52,437 bases of DNA from positions 1 to 52,437 of the IMG/VR virus record IMGVR_UViG_3300032242_002237, one strand, 5' to 3'. The notes below the pieces were generated by a model. It ran no database searches. It saw only the letters and a list, made by a program, of their open reading frames with translations, and was not told the origin of the DNA. Positions 8,621 through 19,043 of this stretch are shown here, in pieces. The translations under genes were made by a program, and so were the position numbers. Origin of the DNA: a virus. Its lineage: Duplodnaviria > Caudoviricetes. Within the stretch, counting starts at the first letter, position 1. Every line of letters begins with the position of its first letter.

Positions 8621-10921
8621 ATGAGCAATATACAAGTAACAAAAAGAAACGGCAACAGAGAACAACTGGATCTAGAGAAACTGCACAAAGTGGTTTTCTG
8701 GGCCACAGAAGGTATCACTGGTGTCAGCGCAAGCGAAGTAGAAATCCGCAGTCACATACAGTTCTACAACGGCATCAAGACCGCTGAGATCCAGGAAACT
8801 CTGATCAAGGCTGCCGCAGATCTCATCACAGAAGAAACACCCAATTACCAATACGTTGCTGGCAGGCTCATATGCTACCACCTGCGCAAACAAGTCTACA
8901 ATGACTATGAGCCGTGGCCCCTGCTGGATTTGGTAAAGAAAAACGTGGCGTCAGGATTCTATGACGATGGCCTGTTGGCTGCCTACAGTGCCGATGAGTG
9001 GGCACAACTGAACAATCACATTGATCACAAGCGTGATGAAAACTTTACCTATGCGGCCATGGAACAGTGGCGCGGCAAGTATCTAGTACAGAATCGCGTG
9101 ACCAAGGAAATCTTTGAAACACCACAGATGGCCTATATGTTGATCGCGGCCACCTTGTTCCAGACCTATCCACGAGAAACTCGCATCAAGTGGGTGAAAG
9201 AATACTATGATGCTGTGAGCAATCACGACGTCAGCTTGCCCACTCCAGTGATGGCAGGTGTGCGCACACCCATGAAGCAGTTCAGCTCTTGTGTGCTGAT
9301 TGAATCAGACGACAGCTTGGATTCAATCAATGCCACTGCCAGTGCAGTGGTCAAGTATGTGAGCCAGAAGGCCGGTATTGGTATCGGTGCTGGCAGGATC
9401 CGTGCGCTGGGTTCACCTATCAGGAATGGAGACGCATACCATACTGGTGTTGTCCCATTCTTCAAACTTTTTCAAGCCGCCACACGCAGTTGTAGCCAAG
9501 GTGGTGTGCGCAACGGTGCGGCCACCCTGTACTATCCCATCTGGCATCTTGAGATCGAAGACATGATCGTGCTCAAGAACAACAAAGGCACAGAAGACAA
9601 TCGTGTGCGCCACATGGACTATGGTGTGCAGTTCAACCGCATCATGTACGAGCGCCTGCTGAGTGGTGGAGACATCACCTTGTTCTCGCCCAAGGATGTG
9701 CCTGAGATGTACGACGCATTCTTCACAGACGCGGACCTGTTCAAGGAACTGTACGAAACAGCCGAACGCAACACCAAGCTACGCAAGAAGAAAATCAAAG
9801 CGAGTGAACTGTTCAGTCGCTTCATGCAAGAACGCAAAGATACCGGACGCATCTATCTGCAGAATGTGGACCATGCCAACAGCCACTCCCCATTCAAGCC
9901 AGAGAAGGCTCCGATCAAGATGAGCAATCTTTGCTGTGAAATCGATTTGCCAACTGTACCATTGAACGATGTCAATGACGAGGATGGTAGGATCGCACTT
10001 TGCACCTTGAGCGCGATCAATTGGGGCAATGTAAAAAGCCCACATGACTTCGAGAGGATGTGTCGTTTGGCAGTTCGTGGCCTCGATGCACTGTTGACTT
10101 ATCAAAAGTACCCTGTAAGAGCAGCCGAGCTAGCAACACTGGAGTTCCGTCCACTAGGCGTTGGTATCATCAATTTCGCCTACTGGTTGGCCAAGAATGA
10201 TGTGAGTTATTCGGACCCCCGTGCCCTGCCTTTGGTAGACGAGTATGCAGAAGCTTGGTCCTATTATTTGATCAAAGCTTCTGCAGACTTGGCCCAAGAA
10301 CAAGGTGCCTGCTTGCGATTTGATGACCTCAAGTACGCCGACGGCGTGTTGCCCATCGACAGCCGCAAGAAAGACATTGACGAACTGGTACCTTACCAAG
10401 AGCGCATGGACTGGCGCAGCCTGCGTGAGCAGATACTGAGCACAGGCATCCGCAATGCCACGCTCATGGCCATCATGCCTGCAGAAACATCTGCACAGAT
10501 CTCCAATGCTACCAATGGTATTGAGCCACCACGTAGCTATGTCAGCATCAAGCAGAGCAAGGATGGTGTGCTCAAGCAAGTGGTACCTGAGTATCGTAGA
10601 TTGAAAAACAAGTATGAACTGCTGTGGAATCAACGTAGCCCCGAAGGCTACATGAACATCTGCGCTGTGTTGCAGAAGTACATTGACCAAGGTATCTCAG
10701 TCAACACCAGCTACAATCCGCAGTTCTATGATGATGAAAAGATCCCCATGAGCGACATGCTCAAGCATCTCATACAGTTCTACAAGTATGGGGGCAAGCA
10801 GTTGTATTATTTCAATACCTATGACGGACAAGGCGAAATCGACATCGACAAGCTGGGTGCCAAGGACTCTCTACCACTAGAACCCTTAACTCAAGAAGAC
10901 TGCGAATCCTGCGTAATTTAA
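8621..10921 (+). CDS. nrdA: Ribonucleotide reductase class Ia alpha subunit
   Basis: ATP cone (VTKRNG), PTPVMAG, FSSCVL, SNLCCEI, MPAETS, KQLYY, C-terminal CESC. Confidence 0.98.
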   Translation: MSNIQVTKRNGNREQLDLEKLHKVVFWATEGITGVSASEVEIRSHIQFYNGIKTAEIQETLIKAAADLITEETPNYQYVAGRLICYHLRKQVYNDYEPWPLLDLVKKNVASGFYDDGLLAAYSADEWAQLNNHIDHKRDENFTYAAMEQWRGKYLVQNRVTKEIFETPQMAYMLIAATLFQTYPRETRIKWVKEYYDAVSNHDVSLPTPVMAGVRTPMKQFSSCVLIESDDSLDSINATASAVVKYVSQKAGIGIGAGRIRALGSPIRNGDAYHTGVVPFFKLFQAATRSCSQGGVRNGAATLYYPIWHLEIEDMIVLKNNKGTEDNRVRHMDYGVQFNRIMYERLLSGGDITLFSPKDVPEMYDAFFTDADLFKELYETAERNTKLRKKKIKASELFSRFMQERKDTGRIYLQNVDHANSHSPFKPEKAPIKMSNLCCEIDLPTVPLNDVNDEDGRIALCTLSAINWGNVKSPHDFERMCRLAVRGLDALLTYQKYPVRAAELATLEFRPLGVGIINFAYWLAKNDVSYSDPRALPLVDEYAEAWSYYLIKASADLAQEQGACLRFDDLKYADGVLPIDSRKKDIDELVPYQERMDWRSLREQILSTGIRNATLMAIMPAETSAQISNATNGIEPPRSYVSIKQSKDGVLKQVVPEYRRLKNKYELLWNQRSPEGYMNICAVLQKYIDQGISVNTSYNPQFYDDEKIPMSDMLKHLIQFYKYGGKQLYYFNTYDGQGEIDIDKLGAKDSLPLEPLTQEDCESCVI

Positions 10922-10949
10922 CAAAACAATTAAAAGAGAGAACGTCACT

Positions 10950-12074
10950 ATGTCTGTTTTTGGACTGAATAAAAAATCCCATATCAATAGCCTTGCTTTC
11001 CTAGACTCCAACGGCGGAGTGACCATACAAAGATACGACACACTCAAGTATCGACAGTTTGACAAGCTCACTGACAAACAGCTGGGCTTTTTCTGGCGAC
11101 CTGAAGAAGTAGATGTAGGACATGATCAAAAGGACTTCAAAGAGCTCACGCCCTTTGAACAGCATATCTTTACCAGCAATCTCAAGCGACAGATCCTGCT
11201 TGACTCCGTGCAAGGTCGTGCGCCTGCCGCCGCCTTCTCTCCAATTGTGAGCCTACCAGAACTGGAGACGTGGATTGCAACTTGGACCTTTAATGAAACC
11301 ATCCATAGCCGTAGTTATACTCATATCATTCGCAATGTATACTCAGACCCTAGTAGAATTTTTGACGAACTCACCGACATCGAAGAGATTGTCAACTGTG
11401 CAAAAGACATCTCAGGCTACTACGATGCACTCATTGAAACTTCCAGCTGGTACAACCTACTGGGCTACGGCACACACACTGTGAATGGTCGCGAGGTTAT
11501 GGTTGAAGAATATGACCTCAAGAAGAAACTGTGGATGTGCCTCAACAGTGTGAATGCCTTGGAAGGCATCCGCTTCTATGTGAGCTTTGCCTGTTCCTGG
11601 GCATTTGCTGAACTGAAAAAGATGGAAGGCAATGCCAAGATCATCAAGCTGATCTGCCGTGATGAAAACGTACACCTGGGTAGCACACAGACCCTGCTGA
11701 AACTGTTGCCACAGGATGATCCCATCTTTGCTCGCATCAAGGAAGACACAGTCAAGGAATGTGAAGCCATGTTCCTGCAGGCCGCTCAACAGGAAAAAGA
11801 CTGGGCCGAATACCTGTTCAAGGACGGTAGCATGATTGGTCTCAACAAGCAGTTGCTATGTGACTACATTGACTGGTTGACCTGCAAGCGCATGACAGCC
11901 GTGGGATTGAAGTGTGGTATCAAGACCGGATCCAATCCATTGCCTTGGACCACCAAGTGGATTGCCGGAGCAGAAGTTCAAGTGGCCCCACAGGAAACTG
12001 AGATAAGTAGCTATGTGATTGGCGGTACCAAGCAGGACGTCGATTCAAATACTTTCACAGGATTCAGTCTATAA
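10950..12074 (+). CDS. nrdB: Ribonucleotide reductase class Ia beta subunit
   Basis: FFWRPEEVD, ETIHSRSY, LEGIRFYVSFA, RDENVH, VAPQETE. Confidence 0.98.
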   Translation: MSVFGLNKKSHINSLAFLDSNGGVTIQRYDTLKYRQFDKLTDKQLGFFWRPEEVDVGHDQKDFKELTPFEQHIFTSNLKRQILLDSVQGRAPAAAFSPIVSLPELETWIATWTFNETIHSRSYTHIIRNVYSDPSRIFDELTDIEEIVNCAKDISGYYDALIETSSWYNLLGYGTHTVNGREVMVEEYDLKKKLWMCLNSVNALEGIRFYVSFACSWAFAELKKMEGNAKIIKLICRDENVHLGSTQTLLKLLPQDDPIFARIKEDTVKECEAMFLQAAQQEKDWAEYLFKDGSMIGLNKQLLCDYIDWLTCKRMTAVGLKCGIKTGSNPLPWTTKWIAGAEVQVAPQETEISSYVIGGTKQDVDSNTFTGFSL

Positions 12075-12320
12075 ATGATTACAGTATACTCAAAGAACAA
12101 CTGCCCCTTCTGCGTTCAGGCCAAGAACCTGCTTACAAACAAAGGAATTGGCTTCACAGAAGTCAAAATCGACGAAGATTCAGACGCCAAGGACTTTATT
12201 TTGTCCAAGGGCCATCGCACAGTGCCACAGCTATACAAAGACGGCACACTGCTGGTAGAAGGCGGTTATCAAGGCCTGGCCAAACAGCCAGCTGAATTTT
12301 TCGAAACTCTCAAAGGATAA
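12075..12320 (+). CDS. Glutaredoxin
   Basis: CPFC active site and TVPQ; follows nrdB. Confidence 0.92.
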   Translation: MITVYSKNNCPFCVQAKNLLTNKGIGFTEVKIDEDSDAKDFILSKGHRTVPQLYKDGTLLVEGGYQGLAKQPAEFFETLKG

Positions 12321-12322
12321 CA

Positions 12323-12643
12323 ATGTTAATTCAAAAATCAAGCCACGACGTGGGTGACGTCGTAACATTCAAGCTCACCAATGGTGACGAAATAGTTGCC
12401 AAGATCGTAGAGATCACTGGTGAGGCATGGAAAATTGAACGCCCTTGCACTGTGGTGCCCAGTCAAAAAGGCATCATGCTGGTGGCCAGCCTGTTCACGG
12501 CAGAGCCTGATTTCCGTGCAGAGCTGAAAATGAGCCATGTGCTGTTGCACTCGGCCACAGCACAGCAGGTGCGTGATCACTATATTGAACAGACCACAGG
12601 TATCAAACCAGTTTCTGCCAGCTCGCTGATCACTGGTATTTAA
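12323..12643 (+). CDS. Hypothetical phage protein, possible Sm-like fold
   Basis: VTFKLTNGDEIVAK beta-strand pattern; 106 aa. Confidence 0.55.
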   Translation: MLIQKSSHDVGDVVTFKLTNGDEIVAKIVEITGEAWKIERPCTVVPSQKGIMLVASLFTAEPDFRAELKMSHVLLHSATAQQVRDHYIEQTTGIKPVSASSLITGI

Positions 12644-12691
12644 TATACCCAGTTTTTCTAACGATAAGTATAGTTAGAACAGGGGAATTCA

Positions 12692-15115
12692 ATGGTAGCA
12701 ACAGTCGCAGGAGTATCCATAGGAGTACAGCCAGAGGCTCCGGCTCCTTACCCTCCCAAAGTCACACCATTACAGGTAACGCCGGGCATGGCGCAGACTG
12801 TGTCTGCTCTGCTGACCGATCCGCTGGCGCTGTTGCCCAACGGCACCATGACAGACTTGGCCAACGGACTTCAGGCCTATGGTACTGTGACCCAACGACT
12901 GACCAACTTGGTCAACACTGCCAGCACAGTGTTGGTCATACGCAATGCCATCAAGAATCACACACCTGGGTTGGCCTTGATGATTGCAGCCACTGCCACA
13001 TCAGCGGCCATGACAGCCGCAGGCTACAATCCCAACAACATCGTGGCATCGGCCATACAACGTGCCAATGAGATAGTCAGCAGTCCTTTGCAGTTCTTGG
13101 AAAAGATATTCCGCGGACACTCCCACACTCAGGCCAACTTTACCGGTGCTGTGGTATCAGCAGTGCTGAGAGACATTGCTGCCACCCAGCGACTGCTGTC
13201 TTCTGTACAGACTTTCTTGGACCTGCTCACTGGTGGAGTCACTTCCTATATTGGACCCAACGTTCCCACCACCACTGCCGCTCAACGACTACGTGCCGCA
13301 GGCATCAGTGTTGATGGCAACCACATACGTGCAGGACTCAGTGCCATGGCGCAGGCCATGCGCAATCTTGGTACGCTGTGGAGCCCCAGTGATGGCCTGC
13401 TGATTGGCACTCCCAATGGTCTGGTCCTGAGCCTCAAGCGCCAGGGCATTGCAGAAACTGCTGGACTGCGCCAGGCACTGCTGGACGTGGGTGTGTTCAT
13501 TGACGATGACCTTGATATAGCAGACATCAGTCCTTTCATCATACTCAATGCCCTACGCGAAATCAAAGGCCAACAACTGCAATACATTGTTGAACAGACC
13601 CACGTGAAAGTGGCCAATCCTGCAGGTTTGCTCAGTGCGGCTGACCTGTGCAACCCAGCTGTGCTGATGACACAAGAAGCCATCGACAACATTCCCTATG
13701 GTGACCTAGAACACTTTGGTCAGGCCATCTTCAGCATGGGCATCACTGACGTGAACATGTGGAGAGAAATAGCTGATGTGTTGGATCAGCTGGAACTGCC
13801 AGACGTGGGCAAGATCACCAATGCCAGTTTTGCGTCTGACATGAGCAACCTCAAGAACTACATAGGTCCAGGATCAGGCTTGTATGGTGAACCACAACTG
13901 ACAGACTTGATTGGCACTGCCGCGGGCGCAGTACACAACGAAGCATTTGCTATCATACAGCGCAGTGCTGGCACCATACTGCAAACACCAACCGGCGCCA
14001 ATCTCAAGACACAGCTGGACTACTATGATCAACACAACCAGTCCAGCGATCCGGGTTGGAACTCAGACCTAGGTTACAATCCTGTGGCAGTGAACAACTT
14101 GGTCACTGCTATCGAAGCACTGGACAACGGCAGTGATCCTGTGGTCACAGAAGCAGTGCAAGCTGCCAATCAGTCAGCTATTGACTCTGCCAACCAGTTA
14201 CTGGGCGAGATTGCCACAGCCATTGCTACAGGCTACAGCATCTGGGCCACAGTGTCTAGCCTGTACCAAATGGCAGTAAGTCTTGGAACTGCCATTGCGG
14301 CAACCGCCAAGAGCCTGGGCTCCGATGGAGGCAAGGTAGCTGGTGCCGCGGCCAACAATGCAGTCAAAGAATCCAGCAAGTTACCCGAAGGTTTTTGGCA
14401 GTATGCCATGACCGGCTTCAGGGCCGCATGGAAGATGGTGGAACAGATTTCTCAAGCAGTGGGCAGTAGTCCACAGGTGTTGGGCATGTTACAGAGTTGC
14501 ATAAACAGGAACTCAGTAGGCGGACAGGCCATCCTGGCCTTGATAGCAGAAACCAAGAACAAGAACCTGTTGGCCGGTATTGGTGTGGGACTGCCCACTG
14601 TTGATGTCAACAACGAGTATGCTCTCAAGCTGGCCGAAGGTGGTTATGGGCTGACCACAGACCAGCTGAACATCATAACACTGTATGCCGCCAACAACAA
14701 CTACTCACCTGCGCAAGTCACGGCCTTGATCAAGATGAACAGTTACTTTGGTTACCAGCGGCACTGGTTTGAAACCTTTGCTGGACTGTATGAACCTGGT
14801 TACCTCATACCTGTGGCCACCACAGTGAGTGGTACACAAACAGTGTACACCCAGCTGACCAGCTACAGCACACAAGCCATGCTGGTGGCCAATTTGGTCA
14901 CTTGGATAACTACCACTGACAACAGCGTGAGCAAGATCACAGCAGGCACACAGATTCGCATATTCCCACAAGGCTATGTGGACAGATCCATGTCTGGCAT
15001 CGTTTACAGTTACATTGGAACTGCCTTGGTGGCCAATATTTACCAGGCACTGGACCCAAGTGTCACTGCCACAGTGACACCAAATTATTCTTCCTGGTAC
15101 ATCACTGGTCAGTGA
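12692..15115 (+). CDS. Large hypothetical protein, probably virion structural
   Basis: 807 aa Ala/Thr/Leu-rich; preceded by TAAGTA (12665) within the inverted repeat TTCTAAC/GTTAGAA and SD AGGGG. Confidence 0.6.
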   Translation: MVATVAGVSIGVQPEAPAPYPPKVTPLQVTPGMAQTVSALLTDPLALLPNGTMTDLANGLQAYGTVTQRLTNLVNTASTVLVIRNAIKNHTPGLALMIAATATSAAMTAAGYNPNNIVASAIQRANEIVSSPLQFLEKIFRGHSHTQANFTGAVVSAVLRDIAATQRLLSSVQTFLDLLTGGVTSYIGPNVPTTTAAQRLRAAGISVDGNHIRAGLSAMAQAMRNLGTLWSPSDGLLIGTPNGLVLSLKRQGIAETAGLRQALLDVGVFIDDDLDIADISPFIILNALREIKGQQLQYIVEQTHVKVANPAGLLSAADLCNPAVLMTQEAIDNIPYGDLEHFGQAIFSMGITDVNMWREIADVLDQLELPDVGKITNASFASDMSNLKNYIGPGSGLYGEPQLTDLIGTAAGAVHNEAFAIIQRSAGTILQTPTGANLKTQLDYYDQHNQSSDPGWNSDLGYNPVAVNNLVTAIEALDNGSDPVVTEAVQAANQSAIDSANQLLGEIATAIATGYSIWATVSSLYQMAVSLGTAIAATAKSLGSDGGKVAGAAANNAVKESSKLPEGFWQYAMTGFRAAWKMVEQISQAVGSSPQVLGMLQSCINRNSVGGQAILALIAETKNKNLLAGIGVGLPTVDVNNEYALKLAEGGYGLTTDQLNIITLYAANNNYSPAQVTALIKMNSYFGYQRHWFETFAGLYEPGYLIPVATTVSGTQTVYTQLTSYSTQAMLVANLVTWITTTDNSVSKITAGTQIRIFPQGYVDRSMSGIVYSYIGTALVANIYQALDPSVTATVTPNYSSWYITGQ

Positions 15116-15197
15116 TAAACTGCTAGTATTACGGCTATTCTAACCCACTATATCCCCCATTATACTAGCTGTTATTGGGGTCTGAGCTTAGTTAGCC

Positions 15198-15226
15198 TTG
15201 ACATCTACCCAGCAATAGTGTATTAT
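15198..15226 (+). promoter_or_regulatory. sigma70-type promoter
   Basis: TTGACA-17 bp-TATTAT. Confidence 0.75.
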
Positions 15227-15293
15227 AACAAGTTGTTCCAAGCCGTAAATAGAACTACGGCTTGTTACAAAGTCGTTACTAAAGGAGAAAACA

Positions 15294-15896
15294 ATGAAAA
15301 CTCTCGCCCAGGGAACGCCCCAAGCGTTTACAGGAACAGTGGCTAAGGTACTGGTAGTGGCATTCGGTGCTGTCTTGGCACTGTTAATTGCTACCAAGGT
15401 CACGGAAGCGAAAATGCAACATTTGAAACGAGAACAGGCATCACTTGAACCCTCAAAGGTCACCGCTGCCATTCGTGAACGTGAGCTCAAATGTCTAGCC
15501 CAGAACATCTACTACGAAGCAGGTTATGAGCCCTTCGAAGGCAAGGTGGCAGTGGCACAGGTAACCATGAACCGATCAGAGTCTGGAAAATTTCCCAAGG
15601 ACATCTGTGGCGTGGTCTACCAAAAGACTGCACTGTATGGATCCACCATTTGTCAGTTCAGCTGGTATTGCGAAACACCAAAGAACACAGGCAACCCGCC
15701 CGTGAACAGTGACGCATACAAAGAAAGCATGGAAGTGGCCAAGAAGGTCCTGCTGGAAGGTTTCCGTCTTGACGGACTCAAGGAAGCCTTGTATTTCCAC
15801 GCAGACTATGTGAAAGGCAACTGGGGCAAGCAAAAGCTGGCTCAGATTGGCAGACACATATTCTATGCAGAACCCAAGAACGTGGCACTCAACTAA
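15294..15896 (+). CDS. Cell wall hydrolase, SleB/Hydrolase_2 family, with N-terminal membrane anchor
   Basis: CLAQNIYYEA..E...GKVAVAQVTMNR, ICGVVYQ, CQFSW, ALYFHA, IGRHIFY. Confidence 0.92.
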   Translation: MKTLAQGTPQAFTGTVAKVLVVAFGAVLALLIATKVTEAKMQHLKREQASLEPSKVTAAIRERELKCLAQNIYYEAGYEPFEGKVAVAQVTMNRSESGKFPKDICGVVYQKTALYGSTICQFSWYCETPKNTGNPPVNSDAYKESMEVAKKVLLEGFRLDGLKEALYFHADYVKGNWGKQKLAQIGRHIFYAEPKNVALN

Positions 15897-15918
15897 AACT
15901 TTTTATCAAGGATAAATC

Positions 15919-16254
15919 ATGGAAATCAAAAAATTCAATGGCACCATCAACTTTGATGGATTCAAGTCTTGGATCACGGAATGGTTCGTGGTTCACTTTG
16001 CCAAGCTCAGTGCCGACACCATGGGCTGGATGGCTGCCATACTCATACACCTGGCAACCATTCCAACCTTGATTGCCACAGCCGCTGGCTTGAGCGATCG
16101 CATGCCTCCAGTGGACATGGTGCTGTTCATGTGGGCCGCACTGTTGCTGTTGTTCTGCCGAGCCACCATACTCAAGGACAGCCTCAACATCATCACCATC
16201 GGATTGGGCTTTGCTGTACAAGCAGTGCTCATGGCATTGATGATTTTCAAGTAA
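15919..16254 (+). CDS. Small membrane protein (about 3 TM helices)
   Basis: 111 aa hydrophobic ORF, SD AAGGA; adjacent to the cell wall hydrolase. Confidence 0.7.
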   Translation: MEIKKFNGTINFDGFKSWITEWFVVHFAKLSADTMGWMAAILIHLATIPTLIATAAGLSDRMPPVDMVLFMWAALLLLFCRATILKDSLNIITIGLGFAVQAVLMALMIFK

Positions 16255-16255
16255 C

Positions 16256-16942
16256 ATGAAGTTCCTGGCTTTGATGCATGCTCTGTCGGCACAGCGTCAA
16301 AGCCAGCCTCTTGCTCCCAGCCAACTCACCGCACGTTGGCGCCGCGTGGTAGACCCACGTGTGATACGATTGAAAACCACCCGCAGTTATGCAGTAGATC
16401 CCGACACAGTTGTGGTAGGTGGTACCTATGATCAAGAAGATGAAAAGCTGGGCCTGCCCTGCATAGAAATCAGCCTGGTGTATCATCCTGAACAAGAAAC
16501 CATACAGCTGGATGACACACACTGGACCAGAGCCTGCTTGGACCTGGCCGAGTGCATAGGGCATGAGCAAATACACCAAGAGCAAGCACATCGCCGCGGT
16601 TGGCGATCACGTGCCTATCGTAGCCAGGCTCAAGACCAACGCCTGCGAGAAGAGCAACAGTACCTGGGTGCTGGCTGTGAGATCGACGCCTATGGTTTCA
16701 GCATCGCGGCCGAGCTGTGCCACTTGCATGGTGTGTTTGAACCAACCGACAGCACACTTGAGCAGGTGTTCATGTATCGTGTGTATCGAGACACTTTTGC
16801 CGAAGATCAATCTGTGTTACTAGAATTAAGAAAATGCATCAGTAAATACTTGTGTCGGCTGGAGGTCGACTATCATGACAAAACAGACCCAAGAGTTATC
16901 AGACCAAGAACAAGACGATCTAAGCGAAGACCTGGCAAGTGA
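16256..16942 (+). CDS. Putative zincin-like metallopeptidase
   Basis: HEQIH (HExxH) followed by EIDAY. Confidence 0.55.
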   Translation: MKFLALMHALSAQRQSQPLAPSQLTARWRRVVDPRVIRLKTTRSYAVDPDTVVVGGTYDQEDEKLGLPCIEISLVYHPEQETIQLDDTHWTRACLDLAECIGHEQIHQEQAHRRGWRSRAYRSQAQDQRLREEQQYLGAGCEIDAYGFSIAAELCHLHGVFEPTDSTLEQVFMYRVYRDTFAEDQSVLLELRKCISKYLCRLEVDYHDKTDPRVIRPRTRRSKRRPGK

Positions 16943-17105
16943 TGATTATGGATTCATAATAGGCTCAGATGGCACACTCAAACATATTTTCACACCCGAC
17001 GATTTTTATCTAGATCCTCCAGCCAACGTAAAGCGGATTTTGAAAATTTTAGGCATCAAGGATATAAATAGTTTGTCAATAGAAGGCGACGATACATTAC
17101 ATTGA
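16875..17105 (+). CDS. Small acidic hypothetical protein
   Basis: 76 aa; SD GGAGG; TAAATA at 16843. Confidence 0.7.
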   Translation: MTKQTQELSDQEQDDLSEDLASDDYGFIIGSDGTLKHIFTPDDFYLDPPANVKRILKILGIKDINSLSIEGDDTLH

Positions 17106-17126
17106 TCATGAACGCATGGTCAAGGG

Positions 17127-17155
17127 AAAGCCCGGGAGAACCGGGCTTTTTCTTT
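17127..17155. terminator. Intrinsic terminator between convergent genes
   Basis: AAAGCCCGG-gagaa-CCGGGCTTTTT. Confidence 0.85.
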
Positions 17156-17163
17156 GGCAGGAA

Positions 17164-17382
17164 TCAGAGAAACTGTTTCAGCAGTTCTTGTGCTTCTGTG
17201 GTGTCAGACACTTCGTCAGCAAATGCCATCTGCATCAACTGAATGATGGTACGGCAATCACGTTGATCTGCAGGAGGCAGGGTGGCAATGAATGCCTCCA
17301 CACCTTCTCGGCTACTGATGGCCCACATGATGTCAGCCAGGGCTGATTGCTTGCGATTGAGTCCGTCAATTTGAATGTCCAT
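17164..17382 (-). CDS. Hypothetical early protein
   Basis: 72 aa; SD GGAGG; last gene of the minus-strand cluster. Confidence 0.7.
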   Translation of the reverse strand: MDIQIDGLNRKQSALADIMWAISSREGVEAFIATLPPADQRDCRTIIQLMQMAFADEVSDTTEAQELLKQFL

Positions 17383-17746
17383 CTGCCACCTCCTCTATGT
17401 GTCGGCATGCGCCGCGAAACTTGAAACCAGCGCAGGTACAAGTGTACACTGAGCCATCTTTTTCCACAAGGTATTTGGAACCTTTGCTACCTGCAATGGT
17501 CCACGTGGGATTGGCAGTGACTGCCTGCTCTTCAACTTCGGACCAGCCATAGATGTCGTTGCGCACGATTTCAAACTTGCGCCCACGTGTGTCGATCTGC
17601 ATGGGCGTGGCAAAGGTACGCACCTGCGCAGGGTTGCCCCAGGGCGCATAGGCATAGGCCCGATTCTTGGCATCGTCCATCCAGTACACATGGTTGCAGT
17701 TGTACTGGGTGTCGGTCCATTCTGTGACTTCAAGGAATGCTTTCAT
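17366..17746 (-). CDS. SWIM zinc-finger protein
   Basis: C-terminal GSKGSKY.V...YTCTCAGFKFRGACRH (CxC...CxH). Confidence 0.75.
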   Translation of the reverse strand: MKAFLEVTEWTDTQYNCNHVYWMDDAKNRAYAYAPWGNPAQVRTFATPMQIDTRGRKFEIVRNDIYGWSEVEEQAVTANPTWTIAGSKGSKYLVEKDGSVYTCTCAGFKFRGACRHIEEVADGHSN

Positions 17747-17747
17747 G

Positions 17748-17960
17748 TCAGGCCTTCAGCAGGTCAATGGTCATGTTGTGCAGTTGATCCACTTCGTCAC
17801 GCTCCACATAGAAGTCAGTCCGGGGATCCCAGTAGGCACCTTCTTTGGGATCATAGTACAGTATGCGACCATTGGCATACACAAACGGACCTTCCAATCC
17901 CGGACGCTGGCCGTAGCCACGAAGCAGGTCTTCTGTCTTGCCTAGCACACGATATCCCAT
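17748..17960 (-). CDS. Hypothetical early protein
   Basis: 70 aa; SD AAGGAG; LEGPF..LYYDPKEGAYWDP. Confidence 0.7.
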   Translation of the reverse strand: MGYRVLGKTEDLLRGYGQRPGLEGPFVYANGRILYYDPKEGAYWDPRTDFYVERDEVDQLHNMTIDLLKA

Positions 17961-17969
17961 GCTGTCTCC

Positions 17970-18296
17970 TTAGTGTGAGTTGAGTGCTGGATTGCACTCA
18001 CGGATCAGTTCACGTTCACGTGCATGGGCAGGCTTGCGTCCACGCACAATTTCGATCAAGCCATATGTGTGAGCTTCTGCTCCATGCTGGCGAATTGACT
18101 TGCACAGGTTCCAGTCCTTGCCTTCTGTGAGCGCACGGCGGATGTGCTTTTGGATGCGAACTTTGAGTGCTTTCTTGACGTCTGGGCCGCACACTGTGAT
18201 ACCAATGTACTGCTCACCTGTTGTGGTGTTGGTGATGCAGTACACCGCATGCTTGGTGTCCTGGCGTCTTTTGCGTTTGGGTTTTTCTAACATCAT
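17970..18296 (-). CDS. Free-standing GIY-YIG nuclease-domain protein
   Basis: AVYCITNTTTGEQYIGIT, R..KH, E-R-E..I, LN motif; 108 aa. Confidence 0.8.
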   Translation of the reverse strand: MMLEKPKRKRRQDTKHAVYCITNTTTGEQYIGITVCGPDVKKALKVRIQKHIRRALTEGKDWNLCKSIRQHGAEAHTYGLIEIVRGRKPAHARERELIRECNPALNSH

Positions 18297-18302
18297 GCAT
18301 AT

Positions 18303-18331
18303 AGTATAGCCGAAAACGGGTTTTGGGTCAA
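18303..18331 (-). promoter_or_regulatory. Early promoter (leftward)
   Basis: Reverse strand TTGACC-17 bp-TATACT; ATG 6 nt downstream. Confidence 0.8.
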
Positions 18332-18489
18332 CCGTTTTTTGGCAAAAAAGTCACTTTTTTTGGGCTATTTTCCCCTGCAAAATCAACAGGTTAGCAGGGC
18401 TGGAACAGTAACAAAAAGTGTTACATCTAGCCCAAATGTTGCATTTATGCAACACCAGCAAAATAACGGGCTAAAACTGCTTTTTCCAG

Positions 18490-18517
18490 TTGACCATTTG
18501 GCTAGATCTGCTACTGT
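18490..18517 (+). promoter_or_regulatory. Early promoter (rightward, divergent)
   Basis: TTGACC-16 bp-TACTGT with an extended -10 TG. Confidence 0.55.
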
Positions 18518-18541
18518 ATAAACAACAGGAAGGAGAGCAAA

Positions 18542-18697
18542 ATGTTCGAATATATCATCATCGTACGCAAAGGTGGCAAGGTGGTCAAGCGCATCACGCT
18601 ATCAGGCTTCTCCGGACATGCGGCAATGGATGAACTGAAGTGGCTTCGTGCCACCAAGTACAAGCCACAGAACGGATACGAGCTGGAACTGGTATAG
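18542..18697 (+). CDS. Small hypothetical protein (not in ORF track)
   Basis: SD AAGGAG; MFEYIIIVRKGGKVVKRITLSGFSGHAAMDELKWLRATKYKPQNGYELELV*. Confidence 0.7.
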   Translation: MFEYIIIVRKGGKVVKRITLSGFSGHAAMDELKWLRATKYKPQNGYELELV

Positions 18698-18708
18698 GAG
18701 CAGAGCAC

Positions 18709-18864
18709 ATGGTTTATATCGTAACAATCACACTGGCAGACGGCCGTAGCATCATCCAAGGCGTGTACGGTAACAAGATCCGAGCCGAGAAGGAAGCGGC
18801 CCGCATCCAGGAGTCACAGGCAGATATCCTGGTCTTTGTGACAGAGACGCAGATCATCGATTGA
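18709..18864 (+). CDS. Small hypothetical protein
   Basis: SD AGGAG; MVYIVTITLADGRSIIQGVYG... Confidence 0.65.
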   Translation: MVYIVTITLADGRSIIQGVYGNKIRAEKEAARIQESQADILVFVTETQIID

Positions 18865-18875
18865 GGGGCAAACAC

Positions 18876-19043
18876 ATGAGGTACATACTGCTAGGCGGAT
18901 TTTTCGGCTGTGATGAGTATGACGAGTTGGGCACATATAACAGCCTGGCAGATCTCATGGCAGCAGTGGATGGCTCAGAGCCTCTGCCGCACGAGGACTA
19001 CTTTGAATATGACTTCTACACACATCAGGAGATCGAGCAATGA
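18876..19043 (+). CDS. Small acidic hypothetical protein
   Basis: SD GAGGGG; MRYILLGGFFGCDEY... Confidence 0.6.
   Translation: MRYILLGGFFGCDEYDELGTYNSLADLMAAVDGSEPLPHEDYFEYDFYTHQEIEQ

Noticed and set aside
8621-12074. Intron or intein in nrdA/nrdB
   Set aside because: Both ORFs are continuous and of normal length.
17970-18296. GIY-YIG as a mobile homing endonuclease
   Set aside because: Only 108 aa, no DNA-binding extension and no interrupted host gene.
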